Positions 27,070 to 35,525 of a stretch of 38,221 nt of DNA are shown here, piece after piece. Source of the stretch: an uncultured Treponema sp. (lineage in GTDB: Bacteria > Spirochaetota > Spirochaetia > Treponematales > Treponemataceae). Both the position numbers and the translations under genes were made by a program. Below the pieces are notes generated by a model. It was not told the DNA's origin and searched no databases. It saw only the letters and a program-made list of their open reading frames with translations. Each line of letters begins with the position of its first letter. The first letter of the stretch is position 1. The stretch spans positions 1-38,221 of the forward strand of contig CAYXDA010000001.1 in NCBI GenBank assembly GCA_964463615.1, written 5' to 3'.

Positions 27070-29069
27070 TGAAAAACTTTCTGAAGGTTCTTTTTTACAT
27101 AGTTGCGGCGATTTATCCGGTTCTTGTGTTTACAATGTTGGTTGTATTCAAGTTGCCGGTTAGAGTTTTGTCGCTTTGTGTGGTTGCCTTGGCTTGCGCA
27201 TTCTTTTTGAGTGCGACTGGCAGCCGAAAATCTGGTGAAAAATCTGAAAGAAAAGCGCTAGACTGGCGGCCAATGCTTAGTTCGGCGCTTTTTTTATTGG
27301 CAGGAATTCTTTGCTTTGTTTTTAACGAAAAAGTTTTTCTGAAATTGTATTCGGTTTCGGTTAGCGCGACGATGCTTTTTGTTTTTGGCTCTTCGCTGGT
27401 TTTTAAGCCGAATATTATTTTTAGATTTGCGTGTCTTGGCGATAAAACCTTGAAAGGTTCGTCTTTTGAACGACAGGTGGATGATTATTGTAAAAAAGTT
27501 ACTGTTGTTTGGTGCGTGTTTTTTGTTCTTAATGGAAGCATTTCTGTGTTTACTGCGCTGCATGATTTTGGAAATGATGCATTGAACGATAAAATTTGGT
27601 CAGTTTATAACGGCGGAATTTCTTATGTTCTTATGGGCTTGCTTTTTGCAGTGGAATTTGTGGTGCGAAAAATGGTGAATAACAAAATGATAAAGGCGTT
27701 TTCTTTTACAAAATTCAAATCGGATTCGCGAAAGGACGAACATATTCTTTGCTATGAAGATACTTGGACAAAGAAAAAATATAAAACTTGGAAAGATTTT
27801 TTAATCGATTCTGCAAAAATGCGGAAATTTATTTCTGAAAAGTCGGAAGACGATTGGATTTTGCATTGCGAAGATTACTGGTATTTTTTATGCACGTTCG
27901 TGGCTCTTTTGCAATGTAAAAAACGTATTTTGCTTACGCAAAATATTTCTGAAAGTTACATTAAAGATATTCGCACTGAAAATTGCGGTTTTTTAACAGA
28001 TCAGAATGCGCCGGATTCAACTTCTATTCAGAAAATAATTGAAGAGTCTGTAATTCCGGAAGAAAATTATTTTAGAGCTGTTCCTGAAGTAAAATCGGAA
28101 GAAACCCGGATTTTAATGTTCACTTCCGGTTCTACAGGAAAGCCGAAAGCTGTTCCGCAGAGAATGAAAGAATTTGAAGAGGATAATGCGTTCATAATTT
28201 CAAAATGGGGAAAAGAAGTTGTTGCGCGAAAACTTGTTACAACAGTAAGTCAGCATCATATTTACGGGTTTTTATTCGGAATGAGTTTGCCTTTTACTCT
28301 TGGAGTTCCGTTCCGTAGAAAGCGGATAGAATTTCCTGAAGAATTTGAAACTTTGACTGATGAGAAATATATAATTATTGCAACTCCGGCATTTTTAAAG
28401 CGAACTGTAGAAATAGAAGAAAAACTTGCGTTAAAAGATACTTGGATTTTTACGAGCGGGGGCGCTTGTTCTGAAGAACTTGCTGAAAAAACGGAAAAAG
28501 TGTTCGGTTTTTGCCCTTTGGAAGTTTACGGCTCAACAGAAACCAGCGGAATTGCTTATCGCCAGCAGTCAAAAGACGGATTGCGATTTACACCTTTTGA
28601 CAATGCGAAAATTTGGCTTGGCGACGATGGTTGTTTGCGTATAATTTCGCCTTATATAAAAAATCCGGAAGGTTTTGCTACTGCGGATTTGGCGGAAATT
28701 TTTGATGATGGCAAATTCTTGCTCAAAGGGCGTGCGGATTCAATTGTAAAAATTGAAGAAAAGCGGATAAGTTTGCCGGAGGTTGAAAGCCGCATAACGC
28801 AGTCCGGACTTGTTAGTGATGTAAAAGTTGTGGCTTTGCAAAATGATGTTCGGCAGTATTTGGCTGCGGCGGTTGTTTTGAATGGCGAAGGAAAAAAGAA
28901 GTTTGAAAGTACGGAAAAATATCTTATTAATAGATATTTTCACGATTATTTGCTACAGTTTTTTGAAAACGTTGTAATTCCTAAGAAATGGCGTTTTTTA
29001 GATTCGCTTCCTGTTGATGTTCAGGGAAAAAAACATAAGGATGAAATTATAGCGTTGTTTAAAGAATAG
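27069..29069 (+). CDS. Fusion of ApeG-like membrane domain and ApeH-like AMP-dependent acyl-ACP synthetase
   Basis: The first ~200 aa are multi-TM with YCKKVTVVWCVFFVLNG and WSVYNGGISYVLMGLLFAVEF. The rest has FTSGSTGKPK, TVSQHHIYGFLF, EVYGSTETSGIA and GRADSIVKIEEKRISL. Confidence 0.85.
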   Translation: MKNFLKVLFYIVAAIYPVLVFTMLVVFKLPVRVLSLCVVALACAFFLSATGSRKSGEKSERKALDWRPMLSSALFLLAGILCFVFNEKVFLKLYSVSVSATMLFVFGSSLVFKPNIIFRFACLGDKTLKGSSFERQVDDYCKKVTVVWCVFFVLNGSISVFTALHDFGNDALNDKIWSVYNGGISYVLMGLLFAVEFVVRKMVNNKMIKAFSFTKFKSDSRKDEHILCYEDTWTKKKYKTWKDFLIDSAKMRKFISEKSEDDWILHCEDYWYFLCTFVALLQCKKRILLTQNISESYIKDIRTENCGFLTDQNAPDSTSIQKIIEESVIPEENYFRAVPEVKSEETRILMFTSGSTGKPKAVPQRMKEFEEDNAFIISKWGKEVVARKLVTTVSQHHIYGFLFGMSLPFTLGVPFRRKRIEFPEEFETLTDEKYIIIATPAFLKRTVEIEEKLALKDTWIFTSGGACSEELAEKTEKVFGFCPLEVYGSTETSGIAYRQQSKDGLRFTPFDNAKIWLGDDGCLRIISPYIKNPEGFATADLAEIFDDGKFLLKGRADSIVKIEEKRISLPEVESRITQSGLVSDVKVVALQNDVRQYLAAAVVLNGEGKKKFESTEKYLINRYFHDYLLQFFENVVIPKKWRFLDSLPVDVQGKKHKDEIIALFKE

Positions 29070-29134
29070 TACTGATAATTTTTTAGTGCTTTGACTTAAA
29101 GTTTTATGAATTTTGATTGTATTGCGGAGGAAAA

Positions 29135-29500
29135 ATGGTTAATTCTCATGGTGTAGAAAATGAAAAAATCTTGGAAACTTCAGAAAATAAAATTGTTTTG
29201 GAATTTTTGATTCCGGAAACAAGCGATTTTTTTGACGGACATTTTCCTGAATTTAAACTTTTGCCGGCTGTTGCTCAGTTTGAAATTATAACTAGATTTT
29301 CGCGCAAATATTTTGGAACTCAACGTTATATTCCGCATATTAAGAGAATAAAATTTTCTGCGCCGATTCTTCCAAATTCAAAAATAAAACTTGAACTTGA
29401 ACACAAGGTTGAAAAAGGTTCTGTAAGTTTTAATATGGCAGATTTGAATGATGCAGAGCACGTTTATTCTTCTGGTTCTTTTAGCGTTATTCCTGAATAA
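29135..29500 (+). CDS. apeI: Hotdog-fold dehydratase (ApeI-like)
   Basis: FFDGHFPEFKLLPAVAQ and IKFSAPILP. SD GGAGG before ATG 29135. Confidence 0.85.
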   Translation: MVNSHGVENEKILETSENKIVLEFLIPETSDFFDGHFPEFKLLPAVAQFEIITRFSRKYFGTQRYIPHIKRIKFSAPILPNSKIKLELEHKVEKGSVSFNMADLNDAEHVYSSGSFSVIPE

Positions 29501-29614
29501 TTGAATTTTGGTGATTAAGATTTTCGAAATCACACAAATTGGTTGTTATGCGGTTGTGTTCTGAATGCAAGCGGTTGAATTCTTTGGTGGTCTTTTACAT
29601 TGACGGATTTTTTA

Positions 29615-30367
29615 ATGAAATACGGATTTGTTGTTCCAGTTTATAATCACGGTTCTACTCTTGAAGAGGTTGTAAAAAATCTTTGCGCATATAATTTTCC
29701 GATTATTGTTGTTGATGACGGAAATGACGAAAAGAATAAAAAATTTATTTTTGAAGTTGAAAAAAAATATAGTCTTGTAACTGTTGTTTTGCGCAAAAAA
29801 AATGGCGGCAAAGGCAAGGCGATGTGCGATGGCGTTCTAAAAGCGCATCAAATGGGAATAACACATATTCTTCAGATTGATTCTGACGGGCAGCATGATG
29901 CGGCGCGGATAAGGCGTTTTTTAGAACTTTCTGAAGAAAACCCGCAGGCTGTTATTTGCGGATATCCGGAATATAGCAAAGATGCTCCGGCTAAGCGGGT
30001 GAACGGCAGAAAGATTGCAAATTTTTGGGTTCACATAGTGTCTTGGGATTTTTCAATAAAAGACGCTTTGATTGGTTTTAGAATCTACCCGGTTGAACCT
30101 TATTATGAATGTTTGAAACATCACGCGATTATTGATTCAAGAATGGGATATGATATTGATATTTTAGTGCATTTAAGTTGGAAAGGTGTTCCTGTAATTT
30201 CTGAATCTGTAAAGGTAAGTTATCCAAAAGATGGGGTTTCTAATTTTAGAATGGTTCGTGATAATTTGCATATTGCAGGAACCTATACTAGGCTTTGTAT
30301 TGGAATGATTTTTAGAATTCCTTTGCTTTTTGTTGGGAAAATTCAACGGAGAAAATGTGAAAAATAA
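29615..30367 (+). CDS. Glycosyltransferase family 2 (N-terminal half of ApeJ)
   Basis: VVPVYNH, IIVVDDG, NGGKGKA, QIDSDGQH, GFRIYP and SNFRMVRDNL. Confidence 0.88.
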   Translation: MKYGFVVPVYNHGSTLEEVVKNLCAYNFPIIVVDDGNDEKNKKFIFEVEKKYSLVTVVLRKKNGGKGKAMCDGVLKAHQMGITHILQIDSDGQHDAARIRRFLELSEENPQAVICGYPEYSKDAPAKRVNGRKIANFWVHIVSWDFSIKDALIGFRIYPVEPYYECLKHHAIIDSRMGYDIDILVHLSWKGVPVISESVKVSYPKDGVSNFRMVRDNLHIAGTYTRLCIGMIFRIPLLFVGKIQRRKCEK

Positions 30368-31364
30368 AAGAATTGAATCAATTAAAGAATCTGAAAAACT
30401 TTTGCATTGGGCTGATGAAAAAGAGGTTATTTCTTCAAACAGACCTCTTTTGTTTTTATTTTCATTGATGCAACATTTTCCGAAAAGTGTTATTTTTGTT
30501 CTGATTTATCCAATTGCATTTTTTTATTATGTTTTTTCAAAGCGCGGACGAGATGAATGTAAATTGTATCAAATTCAGTTAAGGGAATATACAGACGGAC
30601 AAATTCCGAAAAAAATAAGTGTTTTTAAGCAAATTCTTTCCTTCACCTTGTGCGTTATGGAAAAAATGGAAGGCTGGATTGGAAATTATCATTATAATGA
30701 ACTTGTTCTGCACAATGATGATTTGAAGACTTTGCAGAATCAGCTTGAAGAAAATAAAGGTGCGCTTTTAATCGGTTCGCATTTGGGAAATATTGAACTT
30801 TTGAGAAGTCTTTCCAGTCGTGGAGAAAATGGTGTTAAGCGGAAAGTTCCTGTTACAGTTGTAATGGAATTAAAGTCGACTGAGCAATTTAATAGAACTT
30901 TGCAGGAAATTAATCCGAATATGGGTTTTCAGGTTATTGATCCGGGTGAGATTTCGCCGGATACAATGCTGCAAATGCAGGAAGAAATTGAAAAGGGCGG
31001 TTTAGTCGTTATTACTGGTGACAGGACTAGCGCGAGGGCAAGAAACAGAATTCTTAGGAAAAAGTTTTTGGGAAAAGAAGCGGATTTTCCGTATGGAGTT
31101 TTTGTTCTTGCGGCTTTGCTGAAAGTTCCTACTTATTTTGTTTTTGGTTTGCGAACAAAAATTGCCACGATTAGTCCAAAATATAATATATTTGTAGAAA
31201 AGTCAAAAATTGATTTTAATTGTGCCAGAACTGAACGTGATAAAAAAATTAATGAACTTTGCGATGAGTTTATTGGTAAATTAGAAAAATATTGTATAAG
31301 GTTTCCTTATCAGTGGTATAACTTCTATAATTTTTGGAAATTGAATGAAGAAGTTGCGAAATGA
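30357..31364 (+). CDS. LpxL/LpxP-like acyltransferase (C-terminal half of ApeJ)
   Basis: HWADEKE, LIGSHLGNIELLR, ITGDRT, FLGKEADFPYG and YPYQW-like FPYQWYNFYNFW. GTG start after GGAG. Confidence 0.85.
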   Translation: MKNKRIESIKESEKLLHWADEKEVISSNRPLLFLFSLMQHFPKSVIFVLIYPIAFFYYVFSKRGRDECKLYQIQLREYTDGQIPKKISVFKQILSFTLCVMEKMEGWIGNYHYNELVLHNDDLKTLQNQLEENKGALLIGSHLGNIELLRSLSSRGENGVKRKVPVTVVMELKSTEQFNRTLQEINPNMGFQVIDPGEISPDTMLQMQEEIEKGGLVVITGDRTSARARNRILRKKFLGKEADFPYGVFVLAALLKVPTYFVFGLRTKIATISPKYNIFVEKSKIDFNCARTERDKKINELCDEFIGKLEKYCIRFPYQWYNFYNFWKLNEEVAK

Positions 31365-31465
31365 TTATTGGAAAAAATGTGCCAGAGGCACAAGGCTGCA
31401 CCGGTTCGCCTTGTGGGTATAACTTCTATAATTTTTGGAAATTGAATGAAGAGGTTGCAAAATGA
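31315..31465 (+). repeat. 50-bp direct repeat (31315-31364 and 31416-31465)
   Basis: 48 of 50 bases identical, offset 101 bp. Confidence 0.95.
31361..31465 (+). CDS. 34-aa coupling mini-ORF MIIGKNVPEAQGCTGSPCGYNFYNFWKLNEEVAK
   Basis: Hand-translated. ATGA overlaps with both the upstream and downstream genes. Confidence 0.4.
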   Translation: MIIGKNVPEAQGCTGSPCGYNFYNFWKLNEEVAK

Positions 31466-31908
31466 AAAATAGAAAAATAGCTGCATTTGTGACGAATGAA
31501 ACTGTAATTTCTGCGGAATTTTTTGATGTTGATGCAATGAATGTTGTTTGGCACGGAAATTACGTAAAGTATATGGAAGTTGCCCGTTGCGCTCTTCTGG
31601 ACAAAATAGGTTACGGATATAAAGAAATGGTTAAGGAAGGCTTTGCATATCCTGTAACTTCCATTAATTTGAAATATGTGCGATCTTTGTATTTTGGTGA
31701 TAAGGCAACTGTAAAAACCTATCTTACAGAGTATGAAAATTGCATAAAAATCAAATATGAAATTTATAATGACAAAGGTGAACTTTGCACAAAAGCAGAA
31801 TCTACGCAAATGGCTATTAATTTGGTTACGAAAGAATCTTGTTTTGAATGTACACCTTGGTTTATACAGAGAGTTGAAAAAATATTAAAAGAGGAAAGTA
31901 AAAAATGA
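31462..31908 (+). CDS. apeK: Acyl-CoA thioesterase, 4HBT-like (ApeK-like)
   Basis: FFDVDAMNVVWHGNYVKYMEVAR and EYENCIKIKYEI. Confidence 0.88.
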   Translation: MKNRKIAAFVTNETVISAEFFDVDAMNVVWHGNYVKYMEVARCALLDKIGYGYKEMVKEGFAYPVTSINLKYVRSLYFGDKATVKTYLTEYENCIKIKYEIYNDKGELCTKAESTQMAINLVTKESCFECTPWFIQRVEKILKEESKK

Positions 31909-32534
31909 AAAAAACATTAATTGCTGTTGTTTCAGCACTGTGTTTTACGTTTTCAGCGTTTTCGGCTGGAACGAACGGTTTTGATTCGATTTGCTCGAAG
32001 CTTGCCGAACATCCGAATATGACAGGAAATTTTAGTCAAATAAAAACAATTTCTGCTGTTAATCGTTCTATGAAATCAAGTGGGAAATTTATTTTCAGCT
32101 TGGATGGAATTATGTGGAAAACAGAAAAACCTTTTCCGTCAACGATGGTTGTAGGCATGAAAAGTGTAAAGCAAACTCTTGCGAATGGAAAAGAAACTGT
32201 AATTGATGCTTCTTCTAATCAGATTTTTACAAGCATTTCTTCAACTTTAAGTGCTATGTTCGGCGGCGATGCTGCTGTTCTTCAAGAAAATTTTAATATT
32301 GAATTTTCTAAGTCGGGTTCAGAATGGAAGGCTATTCTTGCTCCAAAAGATGCAGTTGTTCAGAAAATATTAAAATCGCTTACAATAAGCGGAACGGCAT
32401 CGGAATCATTTGCAGATTTGAATAAAATTGTAATGTCAGAAGCAACTGGCGATTCAATTACTTATACTTTTACAGATCAAAAATACCCAAAGGAATTAAC
32501 AGCTGATGAAAAATCTTACTTCTCTTCAAAATAA
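31905..32534 (+). CDS. apeL: LolA-like periplasmic carrier protein (ApeL-like)
   Basis: Signal peptide ending AFSA, GNFSQIK, SSGKFIF..GIMWKTEKPF and W..ILAPK. Confidence 0.82.
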   Translation: MKKTLIAVVSALCFTFSAFSAGTNGFDSICSKLAEHPNMTGNFSQIKTISAVNRSMKSSGKFIFSLDGIMWKTEKPFPSTMVVGMKSVKQTLANGKETVIDASSNQIFTSISSTLSAMFGGDAAVLQENFNIEFSKSGSEWKAILAPKDAVVQKILKSLTISGTASESFADLNKIVMSEATGDSITYTFTDQKYPKELTADEKSYFSSK

Positions 32535-34875
32535 AACTTTTTTTAAAATTTGGCTTATTTTTCACGCAGTTATAATTGCGGGTTTTTGCGCAATGATTTC
32601 TGTTCAAAAGAAAATAAATATTGATGCAGATCTTTTTAATATGCTTCCAAAGCCGGAGCTTGGAAAAGCTCTTGAAGCCGCTGATGAAAAACTTACAGAA
32701 GTTACTGCACAAAACGTTTTTATTCTTGTTTCTAATCCTGATTTTGGCAAAGCAAAAGAAGTTGCGGAAAATGTTTATAATCAGTTGAACGGAAGCAATA
32801 GGTTCAAGTCTGTTTCTCTTTATCAGGATACAAGTTCTTTTGGACAGATTGTTGAGTATATTAACAAATATAAATGCAATTTGCTTGATTCTGAAACTAT
32901 AGATTTGCTAAATTCAGAAGGCGGTCCGGAGAGTTTTGCACAAGAAGCGCTTTCCAAAGCGTATGGTGCGTTTACCGTAACATCTCTTGAAAATCTTGAA
33001 TCAGATCCATTTATGCTCGCTGAACATGATATTTTGGATTTTTTGGATAAGTTGCAGAAAAGCGGAACAAAAATGTCTTTGAAAGACGAAGTTCTTGCAA
33101 GTAATGTTGATGGCCGCTGGTACGTAATGGTTCGCGGAGTTTTAAGCAAGGAAGGTGCTGCGCTGGCAAGCAAGGAAAATGCGGTTCTGCAAATTCATCA
33201 GGTTTGCGATCCGCTGGAAGATGGCGAAACCCGCTTTATTTATTCTGGAACACCATTCCATAGCTATAAAAGCTCTTCAAATGCAACTAAAGAAATTTCA
33301 ACAATTTCAACAATTTCAATGGCAGTTGTTTTGATAATTCTTTTGCTGATTTTTAAGAGACCTTCTCCGATTTTGTTCAGTATCGGATCAATTCTTTGGT
33401 GCAGTTTGATGGCGATTATTGGCACGTTGGCAATTTTCGGCAAAATGCACATTCTTACGCTTGTTTTTGGAACTTCGCTCATTGGTTCGTGCATAGATTA
33501 TAGTCTTCATTATTTTATAAACTGGAAGGGAAATCTTGCCTGTCATAAAGGTTATCAGGTTAGAAATCATTTGATAAAAGGTTTAACGCTTTCTGTCTTT
33601 TCTACGATGATCTGCTATTTTATTCTTTGTTTTACACCGTTTAATTTGCTAAAACAAATGTCAGTGTTCAGCATGATAGGAATTATTTCTTCTTTCTTGA
33701 CGGTAATTTGTATTTATCCGTTTATAAAAGTTCCTCAGGACAAGCGGGATATAAAACTTCTTAAAATGTTTGAAACTCCAAAGTGGTATAATAGAAAAAT
33801 TGTAGGAAGAACAGTTATAACATTGATGTTTGTTTTTTCTATTGGAACTTTGATTATTTGCCGTAAAAATGTAAAAATCGAAAATGATCTTTCGCGACTT
33901 TATAAAAAAGAAGGCCGTGAAATGACTGATGAAATAGAAGCTTCTAAAGTTTTGCAGTACAGCCCGAGCGGTTGGTTTATAATCAGCGGTTCTACAGTAG
34001 AAGAAACTTTGCAGAATGAAGAAAAAGTTACGGCTGCTTTGAAAAAAATGAATGAAGGAAAAGAAAAAGGTGGCTTTGTCAGCATAACAAGTTATATTCC
34101 TTCTATTGAGATGCAGAAAAAATCCCGCAAGGCAGTGGAAAAACTTTTGCCGTTAGCGGCAGAGCAATACGAAGCTCTTGGTTACGACAGTTCTTATGCA
34201 AAAAAACTTGCAGAAGATTTTAAAGCTGGAGAAAATGATTTTATAGAAATTGGCAAAAACGTACCGGAATATTTAGAGAGCGCTGTTTCTTCTGCTTGGC
34301 TTGGCGAAATAGAGGGAAAGTATTATTCAGTTGTGTTGCCGGTAAGTGTTCTTGATTACGACGGTTACAAAGCGCTTGCAGATGGTGAAAATATATTCTT
34401 CATCAGTAAAATTCGTTCTATGAATGCAGATTTGGACAGACTTTCTGATATGATTTTGAAACTTTTTGTTGTTGTTTATATTGTTTTGTTCATAATTCTA
34501 AAACGTTTTTATTCACTTAAACAAACTGCAAAGATTGTTTCCGTACCGCTTCTTATTGTTTTGTGTACATCGGCGATTTTTGCGCTGTTCGGAATATATT
34601 TTGAATTCTTCTCCATTACGGGAATGATTCTTGTGTTTGGACTTGGATTGGATTACGTAATTTATATGATTGAAAATGAAAAGCGCAAAGATGAAGTTCA
34701 AAACGCAAGGTTGGAACCGTTTGCGATTTTGCTTTCATTTATAACAAGTGCAGTAAGTTTTGGCGCTCTTGCATTAAGCAAATTTGTGCCGGTTCATATG
34801 ATTGGTCTTTCAATCTTTATTGGTCTTACAACAGCCTATGTTTCAACGCTTTTTTATACAAGAGCAGAATTGTAA
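32506..34875 (+). CDS. apeM: MMPL/RND-family exporter (ApeM-like)
   Basis: Two TM bundles with HILTLVFGTSLIGSCIDYSLHY and LVFGLGLDYVIY. Confidence 0.87.
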   Translation: MKNLTSLQNKTFFKIWLIFHAVIIAGFCAMISVQKKINIDADLFNMLPKPELGKALEAADEKLTEVTAQNVFILVSNPDFGKAKEVAENVYNQLNGSNRFKSVSLYQDTSSFGQIVEYINKYKCNLLDSETIDLLNSEGGPESFAQEALSKAYGAFTVTSLENLESDPFMLAEHDILDFLDKLQKSGTKMSLKDEVLASNVDGRWYVMVRGVLSKEGAALASKENAVLQIHQVCDPLEDGETRFIYSGTPFHSYKSSSNATKEISTISTISMAVVLIILLLIFKRPSPILFSIGSILWCSLMAIIGTLAIFGKMHILTLVFGTSLIGSCIDYSLHYFINWKGNLACHKGYQVRNHLIKGLTLSVFSTMICYFILCFTPFNLLKQMSVFSMIGIISSFLTVICIYPFIKVPQDKRDIKLLKMFETPKWYNRKIVGRTVITLMFVFSIGTLIICRKNVKIENDLSRLYKKEGREMTDEIEASKVLQYSPSGWFIISGSTVEETLQNEEKVTAALKKMNEGKEKGGFVSITSYIPSIEMQKKSRKAVEKLLPLAAEQYEALGYDSSYAKKLAEDFKAGENDFIEIGKNVPEYLESAVSSAWLGEIEGKYYSVVLPVSVLDYDGYKALADGENIFFISKIRSMNADLDRLSDMILKLFVVVYIVLFIILKRFYSLKQTAKIVSVPLLIVLCTSAIFALFGIYFEFFSITGMILVFGLGLDYVIYMIENEKRKDEVQNARLEPFAILLSFITSAVSFGALALSKFVPVHMIGLSIFIGLTTAYVSTLFYTRAEL

Positions 34876-34883
34876 AACATCAT

Positions 34884-34954
34884 TTGACTAAATAGACTAT
34901 AAAATTTACAATACCCTTACAAAATATGAAAAAATGTCATTTTGTAAGGGTATT
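34884..34954 (+). promoter_or_regulatory. Internal promoter overlapped by a perfect 16-bp inverted repeat enclosing the apeN start codon
   Basis: TTGACT-17-TACAAT (34884-34912). AATACCCTTACAAAAT (34910-34925) pairs with ATTTTGTAAGGGTATT (34939-34954). Confidence 0.65.
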
Positions 34955-35525
34955 TTTGTTGCTTTTTTCAGTTCTGATGTTTTTTTCAGGCTGTACTAGT
35001 ACAAAAATAATCAGCGAATCAAATATTGCGCCGATTTATATTACCAACATAAAAAAATTGTATCTTCTTCCTCCTTCTGAAATTTAAACTGCTGTAGATT
35101 GCCAGCAACTTCTTACAGCGAATTTTGGTGGAAACACAATGGCTTTCCTTGCTTATTTAAAAGCAGATAAGGAAGGAATTTTTCTTTCTATGTTCAATGA
35201 TTTTGGAACAGGAATGGGAACTCTTTCTTACGACGGAATGAATGTTTCTTTTGATTCTCCAATTTTTCCTGCAAATTTAAAAGCTGAATATATTGTTGCA
35301 GATTTGCAGTTTGCTTATTATAAAGTAAATTCGATTCAAAAACTGTTAAAATCAATAAAAATGAAGATGACGGTTGAATCTGCAAATGATGAAAACAATG
35401 GCACTGAAACTAGAAAAATTTTTAATGGTCCATTTTTAATTGAAGAAATAAGTAAATCTGGAAAAAATATTGTTATAAAAAATAAATTGCGTGGTTATGA
35501 ATATGTTTTGCAGGAGGTTGAATGA
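34926..35525 (+). pseudogene. apeN: DUF3261-like lipoprotein (ApeN-like) interrupted by an in-frame TAA at 35085-35087
   Basis: Hand translation gives MKKCHFVRVFLLLFSVLMFFSGC (lipobox)...LLPPSEI*TAVDCQQLLTANFG, continuing in frame into ORF 35139-35525. Confidence 0.78.

Noticed and set aside
29501-29614. Weak hairpin and GCGGTTG pair in the apeI-GT2 spacer
   Set aside because: The pairing is imperfect and AT-rich, with no match to the other repeats.
29903-29920. GCGCGGATAAGGCGTTT resembling an E. coli REP half
   Set aside because: It lies inside the GT2 coding sequence with no complementary arm, so it is probably chance.
31315-31465. Direct repeat plus spacer as a mini CRISPR array
   Set aside because: Only two copies, the repeat is coding sequence of the upstream gene, it is not palindromic, and no cas genes are in the window.
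31325-31809. Two minus-strand ORFs sharing the ending HFATSSFNFQKL
   Set aside because: This is a by-product of the 50-bp duplication read on the antisense strand.
35085-35087. Programmed readthrough or recoding of the apeN stop
   Set aside because: TAA is not a Sec/Pyl codon and is used as a normal stop by many genes here. Mutation or error is simpler.
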